Assembly (NCBI GenBank): GCA_003344405.1
Contig: NOWV01000014.1
Location: 496,001 to 560,000 of the forward strand
Source of the DNA: Trichoplax sp. H2
Taxonomy: Eukaryota
Length of the DNA stretch: 64,000 bases
Reading direction: 5' to 3'
The notes beneath the pieces were generated by a model. The model was given only the letters and a program-made list of their open reading frames with translations, was not told the origin of the DNA and did no database searches. Below, in pieces: positions 26,141 to 38,200 of the stretch (positions are counted from its first letter, which is position 1; every line of letters starts with the position of its first letter). The position numbers were made by a program, and so were the translations under genes.

Positions 26141-29100
26141 TTACAATATTGACAGCTTTAACCTGCTGCCATCATACTGTGATGATACGATGTCTTGGAT
26201 TCGATCAAGGATCGATGTAAAAATCTGATACCACGCAGCATGAGCTACAGTTTTCCTGCATAACATGGTTATCATTTATAAATAAAACAAATCATTGTAT
26301 TAGTATGCGCAGTTTTACGCAGTGTTAGAAATTGGATAAATAAATATACTGAAAAAGTAATATTGTATGTCCTATCCGAAAAGTAAATTTCTTACCTTTT
26401 CAATAATTTGCATAGAAGCCAAACATTTTCAAGGTTTTTAGATGAAATACAACGTTCAACGTAGGACATCAAATATTCGATATCAGTTTCAGTTGGCCCA
26501 ACATCTTTAATAAGTCATTTTTTATTTAAATATTAGTCAAAATCTTACACTATTTGTTATCCATTCTTTGATTGATGAAAATTAGAGTTAGTTAGATACC
26601 ACTAACCAAGACATGCGTCTACCCATTCAGCCATAATTTTTTTCACTTCATTTATTTCAGTGGCACCGCAAAATTCAGGCTAAAATGGAGATAAAGGAAT
26701 ATCATTACGAAAATATTACTGATATTTTAGGCACAGAATGTAACCCTTTTTGATGAGACCAGTATTTACTTCGATGACGTTCGTTTGATCTGGCAATATT
26801 TTCGGTTTCCTTTCGGTCGAATCGAGTACAATAATATCACGATCGAGTTTGTCCTCTTTATTTTCTTTAGGAATAGATTGATCTGATTTATTACGACGAA
26901 ATTTGTTTTTAATATTTCTTTTTGGCTTTTTTCGTTGTTTAACATTTTTACGTGGTATTTCTTCATTATAATTTATATGACGATAAACGTCTGCAATAGC
27001 ACCAAGGTTGATAGGATCAATCTGGGTAAAATCAAAATTCAATATTTTAATAGCTTTTAAGAAAAATTATTTTGAACTCCACTTTCGAAATATTTTATTT
27101 GTCATGGAAAGGTCCAGAGCATTTTCTTACGGAAGAGTTAGTATCAATGGTAGCAGAGGTAGAAGGTTCAACTTTAATTTGTGCTCTAATTTTAGTAAAA
27201 GAAGCAATAAAAATATCAAGAATCTTCTACGATAACAGGAAACAGCCCTTGAAACAGCTTACTCTGACGACATTTTAGCGTATTTCTGTTCAATTTTTAA
27301 TCGCATTTCCTTTGGTAAAGCATCTAAAACAGAATGGTCAAGCTAGAGAAGATGCAATAAAAAATTTCTATAGTAATCCGCATTTGCCAAGAGAGAACGT
27401 ACAAATAAATCAATAATGAAGTTGTATTTGATTGCAGGAAGTAAATTGTATATCTTAACGATTGCGAAACAATGATTACCTGTGAAGGAGAAGGTAGATC
27501 GAATGATTCATCATTTTGCGCTTCTATGTGACGATTGGAATCAGTGATTTCTTCCTGCTTTACTATGCTAGTTGTCGGTATAGATTGATCATGGATAACT
27601 TCAATTTGGTCTGATGGTTCGATTTGTTCATGTGCCTTTACATTTTCTTCTACTTGAGGTACAGACTTTATAAAGTTCAGTAAACCTTGCGAACCTTTAA
27701 CATCTTCATCTATGGGTGACAATCGTTGTATTTGAATACCCATCTATAAATTTATAATGATTTGGCATACTTTATAATTCATAGTAAGAAAAAATTTAGA
27801 TTTTAATTTAAAATTGATTTAATAGCGCTGCTACTTACACCACGGACATCTTGCACATTAATACTTGCAAAGGAATAAAATAATTTCATGCATTCTTTGC
27901 TAATGATATCGCTGTCGCAAGTTGGTCGTGTTAAGGTAGTCGATTTTGCGTAGTTATCGCATTTTCCATGACCTAAATATTTCCAAGGTTTAATTGAGGC
28001 ATCTGGGCTACGATGCTTCATCTGTAGGGCGTATCAATATCAAAACCTTCATGAAAATGGAAGTTGTTCTGCGATATAACAAATTTCAAACGTATGAAAA
28101 CAATAGCTTGCCTTTAAGGTAATCGATTTTCCTTTAACACTTGCTTCTTTGAGGCGTTTTACAACTTCAACGCTTAAATTTTTTACAAATACTTCAACGT
28201 CTTTTGACTACAGAAATCAACGAAATTTAGCTTAAACTATAATCATTTGGAGCAGTAAATAATCAAATTGCAACGTATCTCGAAAATAAATCTATGTTTT
28301 TAATATTGTCGACCTCAGCAAATCGAATTCCATAATTTATTTCTGCCGATACGGATTTTCTTTCATGATCAACTTGGACTGGACGTTCGTCAATACCACG
28401 ACAGTATTGGTATAACATAAGCCCAGTCTTAGTACCAAAGTCTTTCTGTAATACAGGTAACGAAATTTTACGAAGATCTTGACAAGTTTCCACATTAAGA
28501 TCTTTTAATTTCCGATGTAATCGGTATCCTACGCCTAATGTAGATTGAAAATGATAACGAGTCCGGTTACAAATTCTATAGGTTGTAAATGACGAGTTCA
28601 TTAAAGTTATGCAATGATATCGCTTTTGCAGCTGTTATTTTAATTGATAAGTCAATTTTAATAACCAGGTAAATCCTTGAGTGATTGATTGGCGACAAAA
28701 GTTAACACATTAGCTGGATCAACATAATGTTGTCCATTAGGTTTGGCAATTCTTGTTGCCATTCTGGCAATTAAAAGGTTTGGACCTAAGATAAAACAGT
28801 ATAATGGTCACATAGGCATATAAAAATATATAACTACTTATGCTTGTAATTGGAAACTGATAGAAATGTTAACGAGTTCCATTTCGTGGCAATTATTTAC
28901 CGATTCCAGCAGAACAGGTACAACCAGTTTTACTTTCAATGTCGTGTCGAATACTTGATGCTAAATCCTGTATAGTGTAATCGTCTTGTAAGATGTCAGT
29001 TACATCGATGTATGCTTCATCGCAGCTGATTGCCATAATTTCAAAAGTGTAACTATTACCAAGGTACATATAAAAAAATTAAAAATTACATATTCCATCG

Positions 29101-31231
29101 ATTAGTAAACAAAACTATTAATTGCTTGTTAGTTAAAAGAGCTCATAACTGCTTCATTACCTGGCTAATGTATTGTAGAGTAATTTAGAGACTTCTTTAT
29201 ATTTATCAAATTCATAAGGCACAACTCTTAAATGAGGACAAAGTTGTAATGCTCTACCCATAAACATGCCATTATGAAGGCCATATCGTCTGGCAACGTA
29301 GTTACAAGAGGCAATCTCTGACGTAGAAAATTGCTCAACGCTTTCTTTATCATTAGCACTGATAAAATTATTATTTATTTTATTTGACTTAGAAGGGCTG
29401 TCATGGCTAGCCTTTTCTGCTTTAACTTTATCCTTAGAATGATAATCTTCCCAGTGAGCCATTTCTTGGATGAATTCAGCTTTTTCTTGTAGTTTATCAG
29501 CATTTTGCAGATTTGCTGGCTTAATCTTGCCTTTAGAATGTGTTACAGCTACCGGTAATCCACGTAGATCAGCTCGATCACGAATAGCTACGGATACAAA
29601 AAATGAATCCATGTCGAGATGCATAACAACACGGTTGAATAAATTTTTTCTGCCAGTATTTTGTGAATTTGGCGATTCAATTATAGCCTGGTCAGCTGAT
29701 GATTGTAAATGTTCTTCTTTAACTGTTACTTCATGATTTTCATGCTTGATCGTAGAGCTACGACTACTTTTGAGATCAATGATACGCTGACGTATCTCGT
29801 CTCGACGATTATCCAAATCAATATTTCTATCCAGAGTACTGGCATAATTTTTCCATTCCGATTTCCATGTTGCTAGATAGTGCAATCGTGATCGACTATA
29901 AAATTGCGACACAAATTCTGGATCAGCGGTATTAGCGATACCAGGAGGAAATTTCTCTTTAGCTTTTGGTGAATCGGTTTTAATATTTTGGCTCTTAACA
30001 GTAGTAGAATTGTTGCTACAGCTGGAGTTACAATTTGTATTATTATTTTTGTTTTTACCACTTGAGTTAGCCTCAGTAAATTGTATTTTCGTTTGTGATG
30101 CACTACGCCCATCCACCAGTAAGTAATTGTATATGGGCAATATTTTTCCATTTTGAATACTGCAAAAGATAACGAAATCAATTATTATGTAATCTATCCA
30201 GTTATATCATTTTAGCACGTATTTGCAGTCTAACTTACCTATCTACAATCCAGCTAGGCTTTACCACAATCTCCTTCCTACAGCAATACAGGTCATTGAT
30301 ATAATTGATATACAATACGTATTAAGAATACGAATCGATTCAAAGTAGATAATTGATGTGATCATAGTAACCATTTGCAGCGAATGTATCAATTACTTTT
30401 ATTGTAGCTTACTTTAAGTCTTTTATTTTAACATCCGGTAAGTTACTTGCTATAATATGGGTTACACGAGACTTGGAGTAGTATTGTTGAAAATTACCAC
30501 CATGAATCATGATTAACTGCTTCAATACCTCGGCAGATGGATCTACCATTAATATACAATGGTTAACAGTGATCAATCATCATAGTAGGATTCTACCATA
30601 TATTGCATTGAATTGGAGATAGAGAATTATTTTAGGAAATAAATACTGTACTCTTATGCGGTACATTACACTTGCACACTGGATGCAAAGTCACCCTATT
30701 CATCTTGGTTTGTAAATCATTTTTAGTATTGTACATATAGTATGACGTTCTCTATCTAGAATTGTCACTTATGTAGGTATTGATAATCACTTTACTAGTT
30801 CACTTTGATTCATGAATGTTTTATATTGATTTGATGCTCCAAGGCAAGGATAATAAGACAGCATAGATTAGATTTCAATGTCATAACATACTTGTGTAAC
30901 CATTAATATGGATGGAGACACCATGAAAGAGATTGGAGACTAGCCTGTAAGATGGAAAATTGGTATATGCTTGAGTCGCTATTATAAGGATCCATTATAA
31001 CATCAATTAGTTTTGCTTACGCTTTCTTTTGCTCAGCTAGATATTGATCATCTAGTTTAACCGCTTTAACATCAAAATATTCATCCTATCATTTCAATAC
31101 AGATCCATATTATAATTGGTATGACAGGGTATTGAATCATTGCTGTACAATAGATATGAATATTTGATTACCCTTGAATCCCATGCATATTCAGTGACAT
31201 TATTATGAGCTTTTCGTTTGCCAGCAGCCAT
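26141..31231 (-). CDS. REV1: DNA repair protein REV1 (Y-family deoxycytidyl transferase), about 18 exons
   Basis: ATG at 31231. BRCT (LFHGVSIHINGYT, VTHIIASNLP, VVKPSWIVDS), N-digit FYSRSRLHYLATWK, catalytic HLDMDSFFVSV and SCDE, ERKSVSAEINYGIRF, LGHGKCDN, UBM LDHSVLDALPKEMR, C-terminal domain PEFCGATEINEVKKIMAEW. Stop at 26141-26143. Confidence 0.97.
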
Positions 31232-31392
31232 GATAATCTTGATGAAGATGATGTTGGCTTGTACTGAGTTTCACTGGATAGCTAATTTTCCATTCCTGCA
31301 GGTTTCGATCTCAATCGGAGGGCAACTACCTATAATACAACCAATACCTGCAGTCCGTCAACCTACGGACCTACACTGTATTACAGTTTCTG

Positions 31393-32844
31393 ATTGAGAA
31401 TCGACATGGAGAACAGCTTAGTTTAGCATTATCATCATTACCTCTACTGTATTCATTGGATTTCAGCTTATTAGCGAGTTGGCTGCCATCTTCATTCCAT
31501 TTCTGGCTCGAAAATCCTTCAACGACGATAGATTTGATTCTATTTTACTCTCACGACTGAATCCGAATCCACTCTACCAGAATACTATTTTACTAAGCGA
31601 TGATTGGATTTCCGTTGGTTACTATGGAAATGAACAGTCTACAGTACTGAGTAGGGTAAGTTAGCAGTACAGTACAACAAATCTACAGTACATACTATGG
31701 GCTCGGGCTACTGCAGGACGGAGGGACAGGCAAACGACGGGCCAAAGCTACAACGCAAATCCAACTGTCTGCATAGTACAGTACTGTACTGTTAGTCTGT
31801 TTTTACTGTGTGTATATTGGTAAAATTGACTGCAATGGCAGCCAACAAGCTCGGATATGTTTGTAGGATTTTGTCACGAAAGGAATCTTCGTGATTGATA
31901 CTTTATTTCTATGTTACCTTCTCTATACGTTGATGCCTCAGAAATGTTTTACGGTCTCCTTAATTGTTGTAACTGCAGTGGTTAACGCTTGATATCCTTA
32001 ATTGAGGATTAGATAGACTAAAATAGTAATTGTCCACCAGTTCAACTGGATTGTATCTATCANNNNNNNNNNNNNNNNNNNNATTGAGAATCGACATGGA
32101 GAACAGCTTAGTTTAGTATTATCATCATTACCTCTACTGTATTCATTGGATTTCAGCTTATTAGCGAGTTGGCAGCCATCTTCATTCCATTTCTGGCTCG
32201 AAAATCCTTCAACGACGATAGATTTGATTCTATTTGTAAATAGTTCCTGCGCTTACGATGCAAGAGTCTTATATACTGTATATACAACTTACTTTACTCT
32301 CACGACTGAATCCGAATCCACTCTACCAGAATACTATTTTACTAAGCGATGATTGGATTTCCGTTGGTTACTATGGAAATGAACAGTCTACAGTACTGAG
32401 TAGGGTAAGTTAGCACTGTGTACAGTATTTTTGGCTTACCTGTACAGTGTACAGTACAGTACTACAAATCTACAGTACATACTATGGGCTCGGGCTACTG
32501 CAGGACGGAGGGACAGGCAAACGACGGGCCAAAGCTACAACGCAAATCCAACTGTCTGCATAGTACTGTACTGTTAGTCTGTTTTTACTGTGTGTATATT
32601 GGCAAAATTGACTGCAATGGCAGCCAACAAGCTCGGACATGTTTGTAGGATTTTGTCACGAAAGGAATCTTCGTGATGGATGCTTTATTTCTATATTTCC
32701 TTCTCTATACGTTGATGCCTCAGAAATGTTTTACGGTCTCCTTAATTGTTGTAACTGCAGTGGTTAACGCTTGATATCCTTAATTTAGAATTAGATAGAC
32801 TAAAATAGTAATTGTCCACCAGTTCAACTGGATTGTATCTATCA
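31393..32844. other. Gap-flanking duplication of the REV1 upstream region (probably two haplotypes) around 20 N at 32063-32082
   Basis: 31393-32062 versus 32083-32844; the second copy has net +59 and +38 bp insertions, lacks 5 bp and carries scattered substitutions. Confidence 0.8.
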
Positions 32845-32982
32845 TCTCCTAACTTGTTAAGGTTCAAACTTAAGTGGTTAACGCTTGATATCCTTAATTT
32901 AGGATTAGATAGACTAAAATAGTAATTGTCCACCAGTTCAACTGGATTGTATCTATCACCTCCGAAGTTGTTAAGGTTCAAA
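32759..32982. repeat. 114-bp tandem repeat, 2 copies
   Basis: GTGGTTAACGCTTGATATCCTTAATTTAG...GTTAAGGTTCAAA at 32760 and 32874. Confidence 0.9.
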
Positions 32983-34184
32983 GCATAATTCCTAAGTTTA
33001 GAGGAAATGTCTTAGTAGGATAGCTTGATATATATCTGTTAAACTGTTATTAACCATTGATTATTTTAATACTGATGCAGTAAATTTAATATCTGCCTTA
33101 TAATATAATACAATATAATATTTGCCTTAATATTGGCCTTGGGCTATCTGCCTTGGAATACCTATTGACTGGTACTCCAAATAACAGTAGTATAGGGTAG
33201 AAATGTCTCTCTCAATCCTTGTTGCAAGTTAGGGCTATTCCTAGCTCGTAGCAGATTTCTTGGCGGCCTCAGTAATATATCTTTCTACTTATAGACTGTA
33301 GACGAGAGAGATAGTTGTTTCAGAGAAGAGAACTTGATTGCCCTAAGTCAGTCAGGTACAAGGTAGAGAAAGAGAGATGCTGCTACACAGAGAAAGGATT
33401 CTGAACCGAATACGCTAATACACATATGCATACAGTATATGTAATCGATTTTGGCCTAGTACGATTCTAGTTGTACTATATTATTGTTCTGGTTCTGAGC
33501 GCATTATCATCATGATCTATGCATCTGATCATGTACACTAGTACATGATTAGAAGATAAATGGCTAATGATATTATAGCCTCTATCATTCTTGGCACCAG
33601 TGCTAGTTAATGCTTACATGTACATTTCCTATTACTCGTACTTTTAGGATCAACTTGGAAGAACGACCATCCTACTTTTATACTTTGAAAAGTAAAATAT
33701 GACAGAATGCAAAAGGGATAGATCATAATCGTTATGATATAACTAAGGAACTGCAGCATTAATAGAACACCATCAATTATTTGCAAATTTGGATCTAGTC
33801 CATACATGATGTACAATTTTTACAGGGACGTGGGGGAGTTTGGAAGCCAATTTTCGGAAGTTTCATCTTCCATTGTAAAAGCTGTTCAATTTTCACTTCA
33901 AGAATTGAACTTGAACTTTGACTATTCTACTTTGGCATCCATCCAAGAGTGATACAACATAACGGCTATTGAACTATAATAAAGTCTACTTGCACCATTC
34001 GTACACTTATTCGTACACTCGATTACTTATAAATTTTATACAGTGATATGGAAAGATTCATAGCTTGATCATTATACTTTAGCTCCGTCCAAAAGTGATA
34101 GACCATAACGGCTATCGTATAGTTATTGAACTATAATAAGCTCTACTTGCACCACTTGTACTGCGATTACTTAAATATTTTATA

Positions 34185-34453
34185 CAGTGATATGGGAAGG
34201 TTGGAAACAAGTTTTCCATAGTGATGGCTGTTCAATTTTCAACTCAAGAATTTCGCTTTAGGGTTCACTATTCATCATAAGGTACAGTATACAATTGGAT
34301 ATAATTGTGTTTGAAAACTACCTTAACTGATATCAGTAAAAGCTTCGATACTTTTCAAATATCCAATCATAAATACTAAAAGTGATACTCTTGAGATGAA
34401 AATTGAATATCGTTTATTATGGAAAATTATTTCCAAACTTTCCTGTATCACCG
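34185..34453. mobile_element. Tc1/mariner-type non-autonomous element (MITE), about 269 bp
   Basis: TA|CAGTGATATGGGAAGGTTGGAAAC...TTCAATTTTCAACTCAAGA at the left end matches the reverse complement of the right end, TA|CGGTGATACAGGAAAGTTTGGAAAT...TTCAATTTTCATCTCAAGA. About 65-70-bp imperfect TIRs with TA on both sides. Related left-end copies at 33823 and 34041. Confidence 0.7.
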
Positions 34454-35200
34454 TAAATTCTTCAATTTCTTTGATTTACTTTGAGCGATAATAATGTCCC
34501 TGGTTAAAGCTATACACGAAATCAAGGGAAGCATGATGGAAACTAATATACCGTACAAGGCATAGACCCCTGCAAAATACACTGCTCTTATTCCCATTGC
34601 ATCCTACTGTAATATTTTTATTCTCATTGAATTCCCGTTTTATTATGTCTTAGAGTGGAGATTCGAGTACAATATGGTATTTCAACATTCCCAAAGATGG
34701 CATCACTAATCACTAGCGCCTTTTAATATCTTTAATACGAAAATTGCTGTTGTCATCAGCATCACTAGAAGATACTTAACAATGGGTCAAAAGTTCGAAG
34801 AACACGCAAAAGAGTAACTGCTGCTCCACCAAAAGTTATTCGGAATTGAAGCAGTTTGTTTAGTATCCAATCTTAACATACAGTAGTTGAAGTTAAATGG
34901 CAACAAGGCCAAGTATAGGTACAATTACAGAATCGAATTGAACATTGAATCATTTTTTTAATCTTTATAGTGCTTGATCAACGATAGAGTGCCTTCAGTA
35001 TTATAATATTCCTATTCTAATGTCTATGCCTACTTTGCTGGACGCAATAGAATTAATTAACAACAACGTCAGCTCGCTATTGAAACCCAATTCTTCATTG
35101 CTTTCGATCAAATACTTGCGATATATAATTTCTTCAAAATAAATACCTGGAATTACCGAAGGTACTAAACTTAATACAAGATACGTAATTGCTCAATCGT
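34448..35200 (-). pseudogene. Possible decayed multi-pass membrane protein gene
   Basis: Colinear hydrophobic peptide fragments separated by stops and frameshifts: YLVLSLVPSVIPGIYFEEIIYRKYL, IVPILGLVAI*LQLLYVKIGY, ITFGGAAVTLLRVL, MGIRAVYFAGVYALYGILVSIMLPLISCIALT. Family not established. Confidence 0.25.
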
Positions 35201-38200
35201 TAATTTTACTTGGTACATCCTATGATTGCCAACTGTAAGATTAAGTCAGCTTCATAAATTTTGTGCTAGTCATAAGAGTATAGCAACATTAGCGATTTTA
35301 TCTATGAATGTAGAGTATTATAATATATAACTCTCCATAAGATATTATAATCATGAATGCATCATCCAATCCCAATCTCTAGTAAGATTGCCATACTATC
35401 CATGTAGAAATTCATATTAAAGTTAACAGCAATTAAGATATTGTGTCTTAATAATTTTTATTTATTTTATAGCAGATGAAGTGCCGATACGCACATTCAA
35501 TACGGTGTGATATGAAATATACACATATACTGTACTCAGATAGTATGCTATTAATAGGCAAGCGTATGCTCTCATTTATTATGACATTAAAGAATAAAGT
35601 ATAACGACGACTTGATTACAATGGAGTTCCTGCAATGTACCCTTTAGGCTACTGTTGAATGTTTTCGTGTAAAATAAATAAAAATTTACTTTCATGAGCC
35701 AAAAATACGCTCCTTTATAACCTATAAAATAAAATTAAATATAAATATATGTTTGTGTTGTAAATGGAATAATTATTGTAGTATGCGTGATCTGAAGTCG
35801 TTATTAGCGTAATCGATTATTAAATTTGGGCCATTGTCCTTTATAATAAGATGCTAAGGAATTTTTGTTTAGGGCCTTCTTGACAGTTTTATTCATACTA
35901 TCTAATATATTTACAGGCTGTTAGGTTTGCTACATTATTTTTTTATATCTTTAGTATCATTCATGATTATACTACGGTTATCTCATCCCTTTCATCGTCA
36001 AATCGCCAAAATTTACTAAAGAAAAGCAAGGCGATATAAATCCGCATGTGTTAATGTAATAGCATAAGATTAAAAAGCAAATGGACTAGTCTTAATAGTA
36101 AATAGAAAAAAAAATTTTAATCGACAGTAATTGTAAATAATATAGCAGCTAATGCGCTAGGTAATCGAAGGGTTTACTTGTATTATTTGATAAATACTAG
36201 ATTTAATTAAATTAATTACTCTAAAGTATTATTTATCTCATCAATGATTAATTTGTTCTGAGTATGAACATGATACCAACGACTTTTTTTTGTATTGGTA
36301 ACATAGGGTTCATACTTTACTTGTTATATTTGTTTGCGAATGCTTTTTTAATTTATTATATTTCAATAAAAGAAACGCTTTGAATAATAGCTACGCTTCA
36401 TAAGTAATATTAGTAGGACATAGCTATAGCTCTAAAAATAATAACTAATTTAAAATTTGGAGAATAGAATTATTTCAATGATCAAACTTTACGAAGTTTA
36501 TGACTTGTTATTACTATTTTCGCTTACTGCTGTAGTTACATGACCAAGTCATCTTAATGATCGCTCTATTACACTAATATTAGCATTAAATTCAGGAGCA
36601 GGCACTATGTAATGAGAATAACAAATTAAGCCATATCCGAATAATATTTACTCAGCACATCTACCCACATGTGTTATATTAGTGCGTGGCTGCCTATGAT
36701 TATAATATGTCAACAATGGATTTGATGTTTTAAATTAGGAAATAAATATTTACAAATTTATAAATAAGACTGACCTATAGTTAGCTAACATTTTCAATTA
36801 CTTCTCTAGCAAAGAACTTAGGATATTTTTTCAAACAGAAATTTTATCTTTTTAACAAATTTAAGAAAGTAAAGATAATGAAATTACATTACTCATTGTA
36901 TAGATAATCATAAACTGTACGGATAGTTTATCGAAACTAAAATTAAATTGCTAAGCCATTATGTTTCATAATCAATTTCGTCATCACGTCTATCTATCTT
37001 CTAGAGCGTTATCATCGAATATTTTGGAAATCAAGCGTATCTGTAAATACAATGCCTAAAGCTTTCTGTAAATACAATGCCTAAAGCTCTATCATTCTGA
37101 TGGTGTTACTGCTATATGATGGTATTGAATTTAATCTATATATGCCATTGACATTATAAGTAAATGAAAACATAATGAATAAATAAGTAAATGAAATATA
37201 AAATGAGATCATTTATATAATCATTCAATCGAATTCAAATTAGGTTTTCTTTAGGTCATGATTAGGGTAGCATAAAATTGACTTATTTTTATTGGTGTAC
37301 TTTGAGATTAAAAGGTAGTGTTTAGTCCCAGACACGCCTATTTTGATGAATATGAAAATAATAGTAATTGGCAATAGCCCAAATGTTGAAATTCTAAATC
37401 TATCTTCATTTTTTCAATTATTATTTTGACATTATAGGCATTTATATTATATATAGTATTAAAAGATATTATTAGATCGATTAATTATTGTATGCCCCAT
37501 CTATATATGCAGATATTAAAGTTAATGAAAATAATTTTCTATTATACAATAGATTTTTAACCAACGTTCGATCCTTTCCATTTCCAATAATATCTTCATG
37601 CGATTCTAGGGTTAAAGCTGAAATATATTTAGCATAACTACAATTCATGTCGCTTTGCATGATCTTACTATTACATAAACAAATATGCTAATTAAAATTT
37701 ATCATAGTATTTTGTTTAATATTGTCTAAAGATAAACAAAAATGCATACATGAAGAAGATAAACTGGCTGGCTGTAATCATATTGTAAAATTACAATTAG
37801 ATCGAATTCATAAATATCATCGCCAAAGCCGAAGAAGGATTGATGGTGTTTACTAAAAGTTCAATTTCATTTAGTATTCACTACTATTGTAATACTACTT
37901 GTTTCTTTTAAATCAACTGTTGTAGTATTTGTTATAATAAATTACTTTTTACAAACTATTACTGCTTGAGATTATTTCTTTACACATTTAATAATAAATA
38001 AGTTTACCTGTACCTACTCAATTTGAATAGTACGTTAGTAAAGACTGATCTTAATGAGAATTCTCTTTTACGAATAATTCAGTATTTTCTCTAAATCACT
38101 AAGTTGTTTCAGATACTACAACCAACCTTATTTGGTTAATTGATCTCCTATTTTCTGAATGACTACGTTATCGTGCAATACCAGCAAGGACATGTTGACA

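Noticed and set aside
27227-27262. Apparent 36-nt REV1 intron
   Set aside because: A better acceptor at 27185 gives a normal-length intron in the required phase
29470-29736. Plus-strand ORFs overlapping REV1 exons
   Set aside because: Antisense shadows of REV1 coding sequence
31618-31631. X-box-like GTTACTATGGAAAT upstream of REV1
   Set aside because: Imperfect match, too degenerate to support alone
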